DNA of 61,089 nt, counting the filler, from Globobulimina sp. (taxonomy: Eukaryota), in NCBI GenBank assembly GCA_003354225.1. It is 9 parts of 9 records of this genome, joined end to end, with 100 filler letters (N's around TTAATTAATTAA, not from the genome) between each part and the next. Parts side by side here need not be neighbours in the genome. Positions count along the whole stretch, not along the records: positions 1 to 6,736 come from PIVH01000247.1; positions 6,837 to 13,569 come from PIVH01000248.1; 7 more parts are not named here. One strand, 5' to 3'. A program made the position numbers and the translations under genes. The notes beneath the pieces were generated by a model. That model had not been told where the DNA came from. It saw nothing but the letters and a program-made list of their open reading frames with translations, and searched no databases. Below, piece by piece: positions 1-10,673 of this stretch (its first letter is position 1; every line of letters begins with the position of its first letter).

Positions 1-46
1 TCAGTGGATCAGTGGATCAGTGGATCAGTGGATCAGTAGATCAGTG
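1..46. repeat. (TCAGTGGA)n octamer tandem repeat at contig edge
   Basis: Four perfect TCAGTGGA units, then TCAGTAGA and TCAGTG; degenerate copies continue to about 425. Confidence 0.9.
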
Positions 47-99
47 CTGTAGTCTTTCAGTTGATCTAATGTAGACTTAGAGATCAGTGTTTCAGTGTT

Positions 100-361
100 T
101 CAGTGGATCAGTTGCATTTCTCCTATCTATATAATAACGTACATAGAAATAATAGCTCAGTGTCTCACAGTTTCAGTGGTTCACTTGGATTTACCCTATC
201 TATATAATTACGTACATATGTATAGAGATATTGGCTCAGTGTTTCAGTGTATCAGTGGATCACTTGGATTTACCCTATCTATATAATTACGTACATATGT
301 ATAGAGATAATGGCTCAGTGTCTCAGTGTATCAGTGGATCACTTGGATTTACCCTATCTAT
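100..361. repeat. 79-bp minisatellite, about 3.3 copies
   Basis: CACTTGGATTTACCCTATCTAT recurs at 182, 261 and 340 (period 79), with a diverged copy at about 109. Units contain TCAGTG sub-repeats. Confidence 0.9.
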
Positions 362-614
362 AGTACAGGCCATATGTATAGTACAGACTATGGATCAGTG
401 GATCAGGGCATACGTGGATCAGTATCTGTGAGCTATTTGTAATAGTGATCATATTGTACCCGTTATTATGGGATAACCATATCAGTAGAACAGCACCAAG
501 AATATGATATAAATAGACAACACGAAAAAAAAAATGTACGTCTATACCAACAGAAAAAACATATTACCACATCCTTGTCAAATACACATATGATTAACAC
601 CCAATCTCTACAAA

Positions 615-2358
615 TTATTTCTTCTTCTTTTTCTTGGATTTTTTTTTAGCTTTGCCTTGTTTACCATTAATATTTGCCATTTTCCTCCATTTCTTTTCAA
701 AACTGATCAATATTTTATCTATTTTATTTCTCGATGATTGGTTCCTAACTTCTGCAAATCTGTCACTTCTCACTTTTCTTAACATTATATCCATTTTAGT
801 GACACTCACATTTTTCAATAAATCCATTGATATCACATCATTTGATATTAATTCGCTATACAAATTCTTCTGAAATAAATTATTTTTTTGCATCCACTTT
901 TTTAATTCATGTAGATTTTTTTTGCTCTGTTTTTTGCCTCTTTTACTAATCCACTCTTTCAATTTTATTTTTTCTTCGCCCTTTTTTGGAGCACTTACCA
1001 TTTTTGCTTTGTCCCTTTCGCAAAAATATAAAACAAAAAAACAAAACGCCGAAAGTATAATACCTTAATCTGAGTGTTCTCAGTCTTTTTTCCTCCGCTT
1101 CAATTTGTTTCCACTCAATACTTTGTTTATTTTTTTCATTCCTCGCTTTTTCCCTATTTTCTAATCTTTTTTTCGCTTTAATTTTATCAATTTTTCGTCT
1201 TTCCTGAGTCCTATAAACCATTCGAGTTTGGCGTGCAACTTTTTCTATGATTTTGTCCGGATTTTTCCATAACATCACCGGAATATTACTCACTTCCTGA
1301 CAGAATGAGATAAAATAATTAAAATCCACGAATAGTTCATCATTATCCATTGTATCCATATTATTTATATTTTCTTTGTCTTTTATGGACAAATAATTAA
1401 TTAAAAATATGACATCATTGTCATTTGGATGGCAGCCAATAACCGATAGGGCAGTTTTAAAAATCGCAAAATCGATTTCAACGCCATCCAATGCAAACTG
1501 CTCAATTATTTGTCTTATTTTGTTTGTAGATGGAATAATCATCGATGTCTTATTCATTTGCGACAAACTCATTCCTCGTAACTCTGCATTTTGCGCTGCT
1601 TCATAGAATTTATTTAATTCATCCTCATCCACTTCGATTTCTGCATCTTTTGCTTCCTCTTTCCGTTGAAACTCAGCCTGAATTTATCATTTCCGAAAAA
1701 CATCGGTAAATTTATGGGAAACAGAAGAGAAAAAAAACGTTTTTGATATGAAAATGTTAACATTCGCTTTTTGTTCGGCGTTAATGGCGATTCGTTGACA
1801 TATTTTTGTCAAATTACTATTTGGATCGATACTTGCTTTATTTCTTAATATTTGCAGAAAGCCGTAATAGTCGACACCTTCGTCAATGAGAGTCAATGCA
1901 ATCATTAAAAACGTTTCTTGTTTGTTTGATAAATTAATTTTATTTTCTTTCAAAATGGATAAAAATTTATCATATTCAATAAAGCCATAATAATCTTCAT
2001 CATATTCGGCAAAATTTAGTTCCAATGCATTTATATCATCTTCCTGCGATTCAGATAATTGCAGAAATACTACATCTTGTTCTTGTTCCTCATTGTTTAC
2101 AATTATATCATTCTCATTTGATTTTATTTCATCATTCTTACTAATTTGTGTTGCTTCATATGTTTCTATTTCAGCCAATGTGGGCAACACAAATCGAGAT
2201 TGCATCGAACGTACTTCTAAGATTTTACGTCTTTGTTCTTTCGATTTTGTATCTGTTTCAACAACTGCACGCTTTTTAATTTTCTTTTTTTTAGACTTAT
2301 CCTTTGTGGCATTCTTATTCTTGGTGCTTGTCACTTTTTTATTCTTCTTGGAAAACAT
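615..2358 (-). CDS. Three-exon protein with EF-hand-like regions, coiled coil and C-terminal SAM-like domain
   Basis: ORFs 1687..2370, 946..1632 and 615..1001 join in frame through GT-AG introns at 1761-1678 and about 1063-1015. EF-like segments FAEYDEDYYGFIEYDKF and VDFNYFISF; SAM-like ELKKWMQKNNL...ISMDLL. Confidence 0.7.
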
Positions 2359-2475
2359 GGTTATGCACAAAGATGGTTTTCAGTAAAAACTGTGCTCGCA
2401 TTTCTTATTTCGATCTCCCATCGGCCAACCAATAATATTGTGATACCTTCCAATTTAATTATAATTAAATTAACA

Positions 2476-3420
2476 ATGCGGACATGGGTTCGATACATGG
2501 TCAGATTGTCTGAATCCGTACACACCAACAATGCTCGTTTAAAATCGTCAATCAGCAACATTGTGAAATTAAAAGACAAAAAGGGTGGCAATCTGTCATT
2601 TTTCAAAGTACCCTACGCCTACAACACAAGCAACATAATCGACAAAGTGATAGCTCCCGCATTCCTAACCGATGCCAACTATAATTATTTACACAAACAC
2701 CTAACCGACCGTAAATTAGCAGTTTATGATAGATTCCATAATTTAATTCCCTCCGTAACCAAATCAGACTGTGTAAACTCATACGTCTTATTTGACGACG
2801 ACAAACAGCAACACATCGGCCATGTATTGCTGTATTCGCCAATGTCGACAGAAAATGGAAAATGTGCATGCGACAGCCATGAGGACACAGGAAGGAAATT
2901 TAGCAGACAGTTATTGAAGGTATCGAATAAACTGCGTTCGGGGATAAAAATGTTTTATTTATCTTCTGCAATGCGGAATGAATATAAATTGATAAACAAG
3001 TTTATGCGTTGCGGCTATTGGGAGATCAGTTGTGTGTCAATAAACCCATCCATTCAATCCATAGGATATGGCTCGTTGATTATGAATGAAATGCACAGTG
3101 TTATAAACAACAAAAATATGATGAATGATAATTATAATATACCAACGATATTATTTACGTCGACTCCGTCCGCTTTGCGGTTTTATCAAAGATTGGGATA
3201 CCAATTGTTTATGCAACACAATATAAATAATGAAATTACGTCATATTCGTTGATATATCATTGCGATGCGGTTGTATTGGAAGTGTGGTTGGACCATTTG
3301 AGGAGAAATGTGACTTATTATCATAAAGTGGATAGGTTTAGTTTTATGCCCTCGTTTATACGGTCGATAGTTAAGAAAAGTGAAGAAAATAATTATGAGG
3401 ATATTTATACACCGGCTTGA
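2476..3420 (+). CDS. GNAT-family N-acetyltransferase
   Basis: Motif A ISCVSINPSIQSIGYGSLIM and motif B ALRFYQRLGY; ATG at 2476. Confidence 0.8.
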   Translation: MRTWVRYMVRLSESVHTNNARLKSSISNIVKLKDKKGGNLSFFKVPYAYNTSNIIDKVIAPAFLTDANYNYLHKHLTDRKLAVYDRFHNLIPSVTKSDCVNSYVLFDDDKQQHIGHVLLYSPMSTENGKCACDSHEDTGRKFSRQLLKVSNKLRSGIKMFYLSSAMRNEYKLINKFMRCGYWEISCVSINPSIQSIGYGSLIMNEMHSVINNKNMMNDNYNIPTILFTSTPSALRFYQRLGYQLFMQHNINNEITSYSLIYHCDAVVLEVWLDHLRRNVTYYHKVDRFSFMPSFIRSIVKKSEENNYEDIYTPA

Positions 3421-3704
3421 GTTGCTTTATTTTTTCTAATATGCGTGGCTGGCACAAGAAATATATTTATTTATAGTATACATATACATAATGATGCATT
3501 GGTTCATAGAATGTTTTTTTTTTCTCTGTTGTGAATTTTTCATTTATGAATTTAATTTGTAATCTTAATTGTTTTTGTTGTTGTTGCTTGAGATGGTTTT
3601 AAATCGTCTCAGCGACGTTTTTTATTTCCCGTTTTAAATACATATTATTTTCGATAATTTATGGAGTGTTATTTTAGTTTTTGAGCAAACCTGGCGGACA
3701 TATC

Positions 3705-3913
3705 CACTGCAGCCACAACTATTGAGCTAATTTATTGTGGTGAGCGATTAACTCCAAAAGTTGAAGTCCGATCACCACAATGAAAATTAGCTCAATAGTT
3801 GTGATCTCGACTGCAGTGATTGAGCTAATAGCTGATTTTCATTGTGGTGATCGGATTTCAACTTTTGCAGTTGATCACCACATTAAATTAGGTTCATACC
3901 TGTGACTGCAGTG
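3705..3913. mobile_element. Dimer of a palindromic MITE-like element (3705-3818, plus an inverted partial copy 3819-3913)
   Basis: Long terminal inverted repeats CACTGCAG(T/C)CACAACTATTGAGCTAATTTATTGTGGTGA ... TCACCACAATGAAAATTAGCTCAATAGTTGTGA..CTGCAGTG; the second copy has the internal spacer reverse-complemented. Confidence 0.75.
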
Positions 3914-4296
3914 ATTTTTTCTATTTTATGATTTGGGTCAAATCGTCAATCTTTACTTTCAAGTTTCACCAATCACACACACAAAAAATAACAAATTAGT
4001 TTCACAATTAATCATAATAATATCAATAAATGGTTTGCAAAATATTGAATTTGATTATGGGATATGGATAATATCCTACAAAATTACTATATCATTACAA
4101 TTGTTTCATATGATATGATTATTATGATACTAGTCGAACCAAAATAATAAAATTAAACAGCTGCATGCAAAAACTTTCAATTTAAGCATTTTCGCAAGTA
4201 TTAATTTCAATGCACCGCCTCTTCGTTTAATACGTTTTAATTGATTCATCCTCACAGCCATTTGATTCTAGTGCGTTTGCACGGACAACATTTATC

Positions 4297-6149
4297 ATGG
4301 CAGAAGATAATCCGTATGTGTTATTTTTTATATGTACAATAAATTCAAAATGTTATAAATTCATTTTCCAGATTTCGCGACCATAATTCTGATGCAATCT
4401 GGGAGGAATTCGATGATATAGATTACGATTGCATCCTTACAGACGCTGCAGCCACCAAAGGAAAGCAGGCCAACACCGCATTGAACATCCGCAACCACAC
4501 CATGTCAATGCAAGAAATGGACCAAATCAATAATTTATCAGTCAAACAGCAAACACCATCAACGCCATCTTCTTATTATCCAACACCTCCACCACTTCCA
4601 TCACTGGACACAAACTCAGCCAACAACGATAAATTAAATGATGTTTTTTGGAGTGATCTGATTGACTCAGCAAGTCCGGCCGTGTCAAGTATGTTTTATT
4701 TCTTTTTTCCGAACTTCGGAATTTTGTACATCGCGTGTAAAAAAAACAAAAAATAAATGTACAGCAACTCGGTCAAAATCTACACCCAAACCAATCAAAA
4801 AAACCTCACAATCTCTCATCGAACAGGCGAGATATCCAATAACTCCACGCACTGCACACAAACGAAAACACTCTCGTCGCAAATCCGAATCTCGTACAAA
4901 ATCTCTGGCCCATCCCTCTGATTTAGCATTTGGCATTGAATTAAATACTCCGCAGAGAGTGCGTACAATTTCATGCGATGTGGTATCAAAAAAGAAGAGA
5001 AAATCACAAAAAAAACGCAGGAATTCGACCCAAACATCTCCTGCAAAGTCAATGTATTATAATAATTATCATGACATAAAATTGGATGATTTGGAAGAAT
5101 GTAAAGATCAAAGACGGAATTCATATTGCATTGAATTGGCAAAATTAGATTTTGATTCGTTGAAATTTAATGTAATGTCAGCGTGCAATTGTCAACCAAC
5201 CAATTTATTTGAAATTGGTAAAATTATCGACGTGTTACATGGTAAAAAGCATAGTTGGGAATTACAAGAATATTTATTTAATTATACGTGTTATGGTACA
5301 ACTTCGCCAATTTTTGAAATATCACATGAAACGAAGGGAAAACATTTGGTTTTGGGCTCGTATCCGCGGTTAAAAGACGCCACACAATTTTTAAAGTACC
5401 ATCCTGTAATTCCCATAATTGAATCATATGGAATTGATACGATGTATACACCGGTAAAATATACAAAACACAGTGGGTTTAACTATGCGTTACAAACAAT
5501 TATAAGCTCGACTGGGAAGAATATAGATTTGTACAATTTGAATATAACAAATAAGAATAACAAGATACTCACTGAGGAGCATAACGTTGTCAATGTAGAA
5601 TTTAAGCGACAATGTGAGAAGTTGTTTGATAAAATATTATATGGGAAAGGTTTTTGGAAATGGATACCCGGCGTTGATTCGGTATTTATTACGCATTGGA
5701 ATACATTTATGCGCAAATACAGAATCGGTGTGGAACATTGTTATTTGTCTGGCGATTTGCGAGGATATTTGTTATTAGTCTCGATGTTCTGGGCAGTTGT
5801 TTTACGATTTAAAAAGGAAAATCGATGCAAGAATTTAAGTAAATTGTTATCACGAAAAATGAGTGAGAGAATCTGTAGAAATTTGCAAGAAAAACTGAAT
5901 GAAAAGCATACATCGATAACCTTGGTGAGTTTGAATTTATTATTTCGACCAAATGGAATATTTCAAATATTAACAGAAAATGGATGGGATATTCAAGGAA
6001 TGGATGAAGGGAAAATAATACAATATCGACAGAGGAATATCTATGAAAATAAAATGAAAGATTTACAAATTAGTGTGCAAAAAGTGGCTAAGCATGCTGG
6101 AAAGGTTATGAGTTGGAGCAGAAATACTGAAAAGTGTATGATTATGTGA
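4297..6149 (+). CDS. Three-exon protein with a degenerate TraB/GumN (Tiki)-like C-terminal domain
   Basis: ATG 4297; introns 4314-4370 and about 4689-4763 join ORFs 4481 and 4662 in frame. The pattern PIFEIS..HLVLGSYP / GFNYAL / GDL / ITLVSLNLLFRPNGIFQILTENGW resembles TraB/GumN. Confidence 0.55.
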
Positions 6150-6606
6150 ATAAATGCGTTGACTTATTTATGTTGTTTTTCCTTTACATTCAAAGTTAAT
6201 AATATGTAAATTATTTTTTTTTCGTTACAACACTTGACATGAAAACATAAACAGCAATTAAACATCAGTGACACATTAAGTGTTGCTGATCACTGCATAT
6301 TTTGTGACGTGACCTGTATAGGCACAATATATCGATATCCCAACTCTCTTAATCTATTTGCTTAATGTTTATTATTGCATAATTCTAGGATTCACAATCT
6401 AATGAGTCTTTCATATAATTTATTAAATTACTAATCCCATAATCAAAGTTAATTTTTGTCAAAGCATTTATTTATTTCAGATATTATTCTTAAATGAGAA
6501 TGTAAAAATTATCCATATACAATTGGTTCAAATGCATATGCGATTTTTATACCCAAACACATTTAAAACATTATCTTAACGTTTAGTAGATTTACTAGAT
6601 TATAAC

Positions 6607-6692
6607 CACTGCAGACACAACTATTGAGCTAATTTATTGTGGTGAAATCCGATCACCAAAATTAAAATTAGCTCAATTGTGTGACTGCAGTG
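6607..6692. mobile_element. Internally deleted copy of the CACTGCAG MITE-like element
   Basis: CACTGCAGACACAACTATTGAGCTAATTTATTGTGGTGA...GCTCAATTGTGTGACTGCAGTG. Confidence 0.75.
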
Positions 6693-6736
6693 AGTGAATT
6701 ATTGTCTACAGCTTACAAATGCGTTTGGATTTTATC

Positions 6737-6836
6737 NNNNNNNNNNNNNNNNNNNNNNNNNNNNNNNNNNNNNNNNNNNNTTAATTAATTAANNNNNNNN
6801 NNNNNNNNNNNNNNNNNNNNNNNNNNNNNNNNNNNN
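6737..6836. other. Artificial contig spacer
   Basis: 44 N + TTAATTAATTAA (stops in all six frames) + 44 N. Confidence 0.98.
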
Positions 6837-7652
6837 ATCAACCATTGGAAATCATTGCACAACCGACAAAATGTAAAATTAATAAATATGGAAGGATGTC
6901 CTCTAGTTTTGGTTGGTGGCAGAATCCAACGGGGCTGGTGGAATAATCTGCAAATCACAAGTGGTTTACATCAACGCTCTGTTGTTTATGCCTTAAAAGA
7001 TGATGTCATACAGGATCTAGGCTGGCGATTATTTGATAGTGAACACGGTAAAGGATGGGATTCATTTAAATTCTGCCAACCAACAAATATTGTATTAAAT
7101 ATTGGAAGTAATGATGTAATAAATGGCGAGTCACTCCATGTCATATTAGATGAATATTATACTTTATTACATCAAATTCAACAAAACGTACACAGTCTAT
7201 CTCAACCTTTGCTTGTTGCTATTATAGGATTAGTGCCACATACTCATGATATTTGTGAGAATAATAACGATGGTAAGTTAAAGTATAACCGATGGGACAC
7301 AAATAATGAATATTTCATGTTGAACAACGCGATAAATCAATACTTATCTTATTATGTTGATACATATAATTATTGGCACCAACGTGTAAACAACAACAAA
7401 AACAAAATGACTTTGTTATACGTCGATTGTACCAAATACTTTTTAGATAGCGATGATTTGAAAGCAGAAATAATAGAGGATTATTATGGAAATGAATATG
7501 AAGTATGGACAGGAAATCTAATTGGAAAATATATGCATCAATATTTTGATCTTTCAGAAGATGGATATCGTCAATTATCGCTATGTTTTAAAGAGAATAA
7601 AGCGTTTGATGTCTCTGCTTTTGACGGCTTGATTCATGGACATAAAAAATAA
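6837..7652 (+). CDS. SGNH/GDSL hydrolase-like protein (PAF-AH type), 5'-truncated, probably inactive
   Basis: Frame is open from the contig edge. Contains DVIQDLGWRL, IVLNIGSND (block III GxND) and LSEDGY. Confidence 0.7.
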   Translation: MNHWKSLHNRQNVKLINMEGCPLVLVGGRIQRGWWNNLQITSGLHQRSVVYALKDDVIQDLGWRLFDSEHGKGWDSFKFCQPTNIVLNIGSNDVINGESLHVILDEYYTLLHQIQQNVHSLSQPLLVAIIGLVPHTHDICENNNDGKLKYNRWDTNNEYFMLNNAINQYLSYYVDTYNYWHQRVNNNKNKMTLLYVDCTKYFLDSDDLKAEIIEDYYGNEYEVWTGNLIGKYMHQYFDLSEDGYRQLSLCFKENKAFDVSAFDGLIHGHKK

Positions 7653-7681
7653 ATGTTTGCCACTGAGAAAACGTTTTAACA

Positions 7682-9463
7682 ATGTCGTCTGTCTGGAATG
7701 CAATCTGGGGAACAACTTCTTCCTCCGAACAAAAAGAACCAGAATGTATGACTCATTTCACTGCAGCATGTCGTAAGTTACAAATGGGTCAACAACAAGA
7801 GGCATACCAAGGATTTATGTATTCCATTCAAATAGATTCAGAATATAAAATTGAACAACGTATAACACCATTAATGAAATTATTGGAATCGATGGATAAA
7901 TATGATGAAATGATAGAGATCGCGGATCGATTATTATCGTCAAAACCGAATGCAGTCGGTCTATTAATATGGAAAGGTGTGGGACTAAAAGGAATAAATA
8001 AAATGGATGAATGTGTTGAGTGTTTTGAAAAAGCAGTCGAGTTACAGCCACAAAGTGATATGATTGTAACATTATATTGTGCCGTTTTAATAGAACAAGA
8101 AGCATGGCCAAAATTTTTAGAAATAAATAAGAAAATGATAGAAATGCGGCCCACTGCAGGTAGCTATCATAATAATTATATTCAAGCATTGGAAAATCTA
8201 AATGAAAGAGAGAAAGCAGACCAACATGTCAGTATTATATTAGATAAATATGGGGCAACCGCACCATCCATCAATTTTATTTGTGGTGATTATTATTATA
8301 AACATGAAATATATGAAAAAGCAGAACTATGTTTACACAAAGCAGCACAGTTAGATGTAAAAAATGAGAAATATCAACAATATTATATTCGATCATTATT
8401 GCAAAATGGCAAACAAATGGATGCGGATAAATATTGTCAACAATTAATAAATAAAGATCCAAATAATGTACGTTGGATAAACACAGTCGGTTATATTTGT
8501 TTTGATGCATTTGATTTTGAATCAGCTGCACGCCATTTTAAGAAATGTATGGCTTTACAACCAAATGATGCATATAATGTGGTCGATTATTGCATGGTTC
8601 TATGTGAATTGAATCGATTGGATGAGGCTGAAAAATTGATCAAAGCCGTCTTAGCTAAAAATCCGAATTTTATATCTGGACAATATCGTTTAGCGCGCAT
8701 TTATGAATACAAAAATATGTATAACGAATCACAAGAAATATATGTAAAAATTATAAAAGTTAATCCAATGAAAGCAAAAATGAATATGGGTTATGCGCAT
8801 TTGTTGTATTTAATGCAGGAATATGAAAAATCTATGAAATATTTTCAAATTGCTAAGAAAATTGATGCAGCAAATCCATGGTTCCATTTCTGGTTTGGAT
8901 TATTATTAATGAGTAATAAATATAAACGATATAGTGAGGCAACGCAATGTTTTGAGAAATGTTTAAAATTACAAACAACACATCTTAAATGTCACTATGA
9001 ATATGCATGTTTATTATATAATATTTTGAATAAAAACAAATTAAAAGCCATACAACTCATGAAAGAAGCTGTAAGAATTGATTATAACAATGAGAAATAT
9101 AAAAATGTATTAAAGGAATTTGAAAATAATTGTGATATCCATATCGATGCTAAGGATGATGATAAAAATGATGATGATGAGAAAAAGGAAAATGGTGATG
9201 GTAATAAATTATTATTTATAAGAAAAAAAGAATATATTTTTAAATCAATTGATAATGAAAATAAATGTATTACTGTGATGGATAATGATTTTAAAGATAT
9301 TGTATTTAGATTAGATAAATTAAATTTGGATGAAATTAAAAATATAAATGACAAAATTGTACAAGGCGCAAATAACAAAAAAGATGTTAAAATTGTTGTG
9401 GTTGAAACTCACACAAAAAATAATCAAATAACAAAAAAAGTATCACATGCAGTTTGTGTTTGA
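7682..9463 (+). CDS. TPR-repeat protein with eIF5A-like C-terminal OB-fold region
   Basis: Many 34-aa TPR-like units (ECFEKAVELQP, HFKKCMALQP, CFEKCLKLQ); acidic linker followed by KKEYIFKSID...ITVMD...DVKIVVV. Confidence 0.8.
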   Translation: MSSVWNAIWGTTSSSEQKEPECMTHFTAACRKLQMGQQQEAYQGFMYSIQIDSEYKIEQRITPLMKLLESMDKYDEMIEIADRLLSSKPNAVGLLIWKGVGLKGINKMDECVECFEKAVELQPQSDMIVTLYCAVLIEQEAWPKFLEINKKMIEMRPTAGSYHNNYIQALENLNEREKADQHVSIILDKYGATAPSINFICGDYYYKHEIYEKAELCLHKAAQLDVKNEKYQQYYIRSLLQNGKQMDADKYCQQLINKDPNNVRWINTVGYICFDAFDFESAARHFKKCMALQPNDAYNVVDYCMVLCELNRLDEAEKLIKAVLAKNPNFISGQYRLARIYEYKNMYNESQEIYVKIIKVNPMKAKMNMGYAHLLYLMQEYEKSMKYFQIAKKIDAANPWFHFWFGLLLMSNKYKRYSEATQCFEKCLKLQTTHLKCHYEYACLLYNILNKNKLKAIQLMKEAVRIDYNNEKYKNVLKEFENNCDIHIDAKDDDKNDDDEKKENGDGNKLLFIRKKEYIFKSIDNENKCITVMDNDFKDIVFRLDKLNLDEIKNINDKIVQGANNKKDVKIVVVETHTKNNQITKKVSHAVCV

Positions 9464-9536
9464 ATTCTTGTATAATTAAGTTGTATTTATTTGCGTATTA
9501 TCATTTCTCACTGAAAAGATAAGTAATTTTGAGAGC

Positions 9537-10565
9537 ATGTCTTGGTTAATGTTTATTTTCCTCTTGGAAAAAGCATTCTGTTATTTAGAATCAAATATCG
9601 ACGAAACAGATGATATGCAACAAGCGTCGCCATATAAAACCATAACATTAACAAGCAGCGAACATGGAATATTACAAAAAAAGGTTGATGAATTTTTTAA
9701 AAATTGGCAATTATCAAAAACTGTTGGTGAAGATGAATATGAATATATATTCGAATGGAATTGTTTCTGTGCCACATGTTTAGAATTACCAAAATATATA
9801 AATGTTAAAGACGGCAAGATTGTATCAATAAAATATAGTGATATATTAGCATATGATTATTATGAAAACGAAGATACCATCAGACCAGAAACGAAAAAAG
9901 AGTTAGATTTAATTATACCAAATTATGGATGTGATAATTTATATTTACATTCAAAACATTATCATAATATTGAAGGCTTATTTCATATTTTACAGCAGTC
10001 GTTGCATCCCAGTTATTATGACCCAAATAGACATGTTATATCCATTACATTTGACAAAGAATTGTAGTTAAGTTTATATTATATTACATATCCTTGCACA
10101 TTTACCTATGTTTATTAATTATATAGTTATCCAAAGACAGTATATATTTCCAATGATTTGCATGAATTAGGATGGAATATAAAATGTTTAGCAATGACTA
10201 ATGATGCATATGATGGGAGAGTGTCATGTTCGAATAATAAGGCATATCCATTTTGGATTGAAAAGAAATGGCAAGAAATTATTGGATGGTTAATGATATT
10301 CCTTGTTTTATGTTGGAGCTGCATTGGATATTTTATTGCTTACTTAAAAAAAAGGGCAAGGAAAAAACATAGAGAACATGTTCGAAATCAAATGAGACAA
10401 AATAAGAAGAATAGTAATGGCAGTAATGTAAATAAAAAAAATTTAGATAAAAATAAAAACCAACAATTGAAAAGACGAAAAAATAAACAAAAGGCAAGAC
10501 CTAGAAATCAACAGATTGAAGAAGAAGAAATCGAGGATGTTCATGTTCCTCAACAAGCATATTGA
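9537..10565 (+). CDS. Two-exon single-pass membrane protein with DUF6174-like domain
   Basis: Signal peptide; YEYIFEWNCFC..INVKDG..IEGLF..ITFDKEL/YPKTVYI spans a GT-AG intron (about 10067-10126); TM helix and basic tail. Confidence 0.65.
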
Positions 10566-10673
10566 TTAATTGTAATATATCAATTTTTTTAATGTTTTTT
10601 TTGTTTTTTCAAAGTAAAAAAGTTTAGTCCTTGCACAATGCACAAAAGCTAAGTATTAATTATTATCAACTGA

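Noticed and set aside
1-46. Octamer repeat as a canonical telomere
   Set aside because: It lacks the G-run/C-run strand asymmetry of typical telomeric repeats and is short; kept only as a satellite.
95-431. 79-bp repeats as a CRISPR array, and ORFs 95..286 and 231..431 as genes
   Set aside because: The whole units are near-identical, with no unique spacers and no cas genes; the ORFs are translations of the satellite.
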